45,813 nt of DNA from an uncultured bacterium (GTDB lineage: Bacteria; Fidelibacterota; Marinisomatia; SCGC-AAA003-L08; TS1B11), in contig CAZJBG010000003.1 of the NCBI GenBank assembly GCA_964543925.1, forward strand, positions 1-45,813, read 5' to 3'. Each line of letters starts with the position of its first letter. Position 1 is the stretch's first letter. Of this stretch, positions 44,356-45,813 are shown in pieces. A program made the position numbers and the translations under genes. Under the pieces are notes generated by a model. It saw only the letters and a program-made list of their open reading frames with translations. It was not told the origin of the DNA and searched no databases.

Positions 44356-45285
44356 TTACACATTTTTGCCGCTTTGCAATGTGGAGACAAGAAAGCCGCC
44401 CATATGACATCTGTTCGTCAAGAAACGGGATATGGCGTCGGGCACTGCTCCCATAAGTGCCGTCTTGAATTTGCTTCCGGGGATGGGAAACAGGTCGGGC
44501 TTTTGCCCGTAGATCGACGTGGTATCAACCTTAAAAAATGGAGACGCCTGTTTGCGCCAGTCGGCAGGCGAGTAGTACCGCGAAAACGCGCCGTCGGTGA
44601 TTTCCTGTACGGTCTGGTGAAGGGATCCGGTTCTAAACAGGCCTCCACGAAGAAGCCCGTGAAAAACCGTTCCGACAAAGTAATAGTTCCACCAGCCGCG
44701 ATGGTAAACCATGACTGTGGCGCGGCCGCCTGGTCGCAGCACTCGGGCCATTTCCTCGAGAATTCGTTCGGTATTGGCTGAGTGATCGATGACTCCCCAT
44801 GTCCAGATGTAGTCGAAGGAGTTATCGTCAAATGCCATATTTTCGGCGTCCATCTCCATGATTGCCGCCTCATTCAGCCCGAAGCATTTCATTCTTTCGC
44901 GGGTGCTTTTCACCGCGTAGCTGGTTATATCGATCCCCGTGTAGGATTTTGCGTGTTGTGCGAGCAACTGGGCATGGCTGCCGTTGCCGACTCCGATTTC
45001 GAGCACGTCATGCTTGGCCAGGGATTCAAAATCGATAAGGGGATCAAAGGGAATCTTTTTCCATGGCATGAAACCACGGACGACCGAAAAGAACCGCCGA
45101 TCTATCTCCTGAAAAAACTCCGTGCTGAATTCTTCGAAACCAACTGATTCCTTCCAGTCGTAGCGCATTGGGTGCTCATTCCACCAAGCGCGGTTTTGCT
45201 CTTGCCACTGTCGGTGACGGGTCTCGTCTTGTGGCAATTCTGTAGGGCTGTCAAATCCGCGAATTTCTTCCTTTACCCTTTTCAT
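44356..45285 (-). CDS. Class I SAM-dependent methyltransferase with an N-terminal extension
   Basis: VLEIGVGNGSHA (motif I), GIDIT, FDYIWTWGVIDH, LRPGGRATVMV. ATGA overlap with the upstream GT stop. Confidence 0.85.
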   Translation of the reverse strand: MKRVKEEIRGFDSPTELPQDETRHRQWQEQNRAWWNEHPMRYDWKESVGFEEFSTEFFQEIDRRFFSVVRGFMPWKKIPFDPLIDFESLAKHDVLEIGVGNGSHAQLLAQHAKSYTGIDITSYAVKSTRERMKCFGLNEAAIMEMDAENMAFDDNSFDYIWTWGVIDHSANTERILEEMARVLRPGGRATVMVYHRGWWNYYFVGTVFHGLLRGGLFRTGSLHQTVQEITDGAFSRYYSPADWRKQASPFFKVDTTSIYGQKPDLFPIPGSKFKTALMGAVPDAISRFLTNRCHMGGFLVSTLQSGKNV

Positions 45286-45812
45286 GTTATGATCTCATCG
45301 TGGCGATGTAATGCCGCAGCCATCTCAAACACGAGAGCCATTTCCCCCGCGATACTTTCATATGCAAACCGCTCCTTACGTTCGGTTCCTGCGGACCGGA
45401 GCCGCTCTAAGGTGGCTTTCTCGCGCAATACAGACAACACCGTGTCCGCTAGGTCAGCGGAGTCCCTGGGGTCAAAATAGATTGCCGCCTCGCCGCACAC
45501 TTCGTGAGCATAGGAGAGATTTGCCGCCGCCACGGGACATCCGGCCGCCATTGATTCCGCCAGGCCCAGACCAAACGACTCAGCCAACGAAGGATAAACG
45601 GTCAGATCGCTTTCTCGCAATGCATACGCGACCTCGTCCGGATTCAGGATACCAAGCCATATCAACCGCTGAGAGACGCCAAGCTGTTCGGCTTCTCTTT
45701 GGATATCGACAACGAAAGAAGTGTATCTTCGGTGGTCTGGCCGCTGCTTGTCAAGAGTCAGTAAGAGGCTCGCTGAAGGTATCGCCTTGGGAATGCCTGG
45801 CATGGCCTGCAT
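45282..45812 (-). CDS. Glycosyltransferase, GT-B (group 1) C-terminal part; N-terminus outside the window
   Basis: YPSLAESFGLGLAESMAAGCPVAAANLSYAHEVCGEAAIYFDP is the GT1/GT4 C-terminal nucleotide-sugar-binding motif. The ORF runs off the window edge. Confidence 0.85.
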   Translation of the reverse strand: MQAMPGIPKAIPSASLLLTLDKQRPDHRRYTSFVVDIQREAEQLGVSQRLIWLGILNPDEVAYALRESDLTVYPSLAESFGLGLAESMAAGCPVAAANLSYAHEVCGEAAIYFDPRDSADLADTVLSVLREKATLERLRSAGTERKERFAYESIAGEMALVFEMAAALHRHDEIIT

Positions 45813-45813
45813 C

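Overview
This is a 45.8-kb window from a bacterium whose bulk DNA is about 60% GC, judged from hand counts of a few 60-nt lines. A TonB-dependent receptor with no SusD partner and a T9SS-type C-terminal sorting tail (NFPNPFNPST...YFYRL) suggest an FCB-superphylum lineage; that is inference only. No rRNA, tRNA, CRISPR array, transposase or integrase was seen.

Layout:
1. 1-2.5 kb: the end of a host gene, then a roughly 40% GC cassette of three tightly packed genes of unknown function. One is a HEAT-repeat protein. The cassette is bracketed by an 11-nt perfect direct repeat.
2. 2.6-12.6 kb: a Wzi-like outer-membrane protein, then a plus-strand operon. It encodes an epimerase, an 866-aa secreted orphan, an NRAMP-fold transporter with both metal-site motifs replaced, a TIM-barrel isomerase and a GH20 enzyme.
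3. 12.6-22.2 kb, minus strand: a uronate/glycan utilisation locus. It runs TonB receptor, T9SS beta-helix protein, hairpin, frameshifted LacI-family relic, GH105/GH88 hydrolase, kduD, DUF4861-like lipoprotein, NagB-like deaminase.
4. 22.6-26.1 kb: kduI packed with a corrinoid methyl-transfer trio. The trio is an MtaA/URO-D-family enzyme, a stand-alone homocysteine S-methyltransferase domain and a B12-binding protein. No pterin-binding module is present. I consider this the most interesting candidate system in the window.
5. 26.4-31.0 kb: a MacAB-like adaptor/ATPase/FtsX-permease operon, bracketed by two copies of an approximately 86-nt repeat.
6. 31.4-45.8 kb: a surface-glycan export and biosynthesis cluster with mosaic GC content. 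It holds a Wza-like exporter, a WecA/MraY-like initiating transferase, Wzz, GT4, a heparinase II/III-like protein, a bi-domain oxidoreductase, GT2, three SAM methyltransferases and a partial GT.

All functional calls rest on motifs I recognise in the supplied translations. No database search was run.
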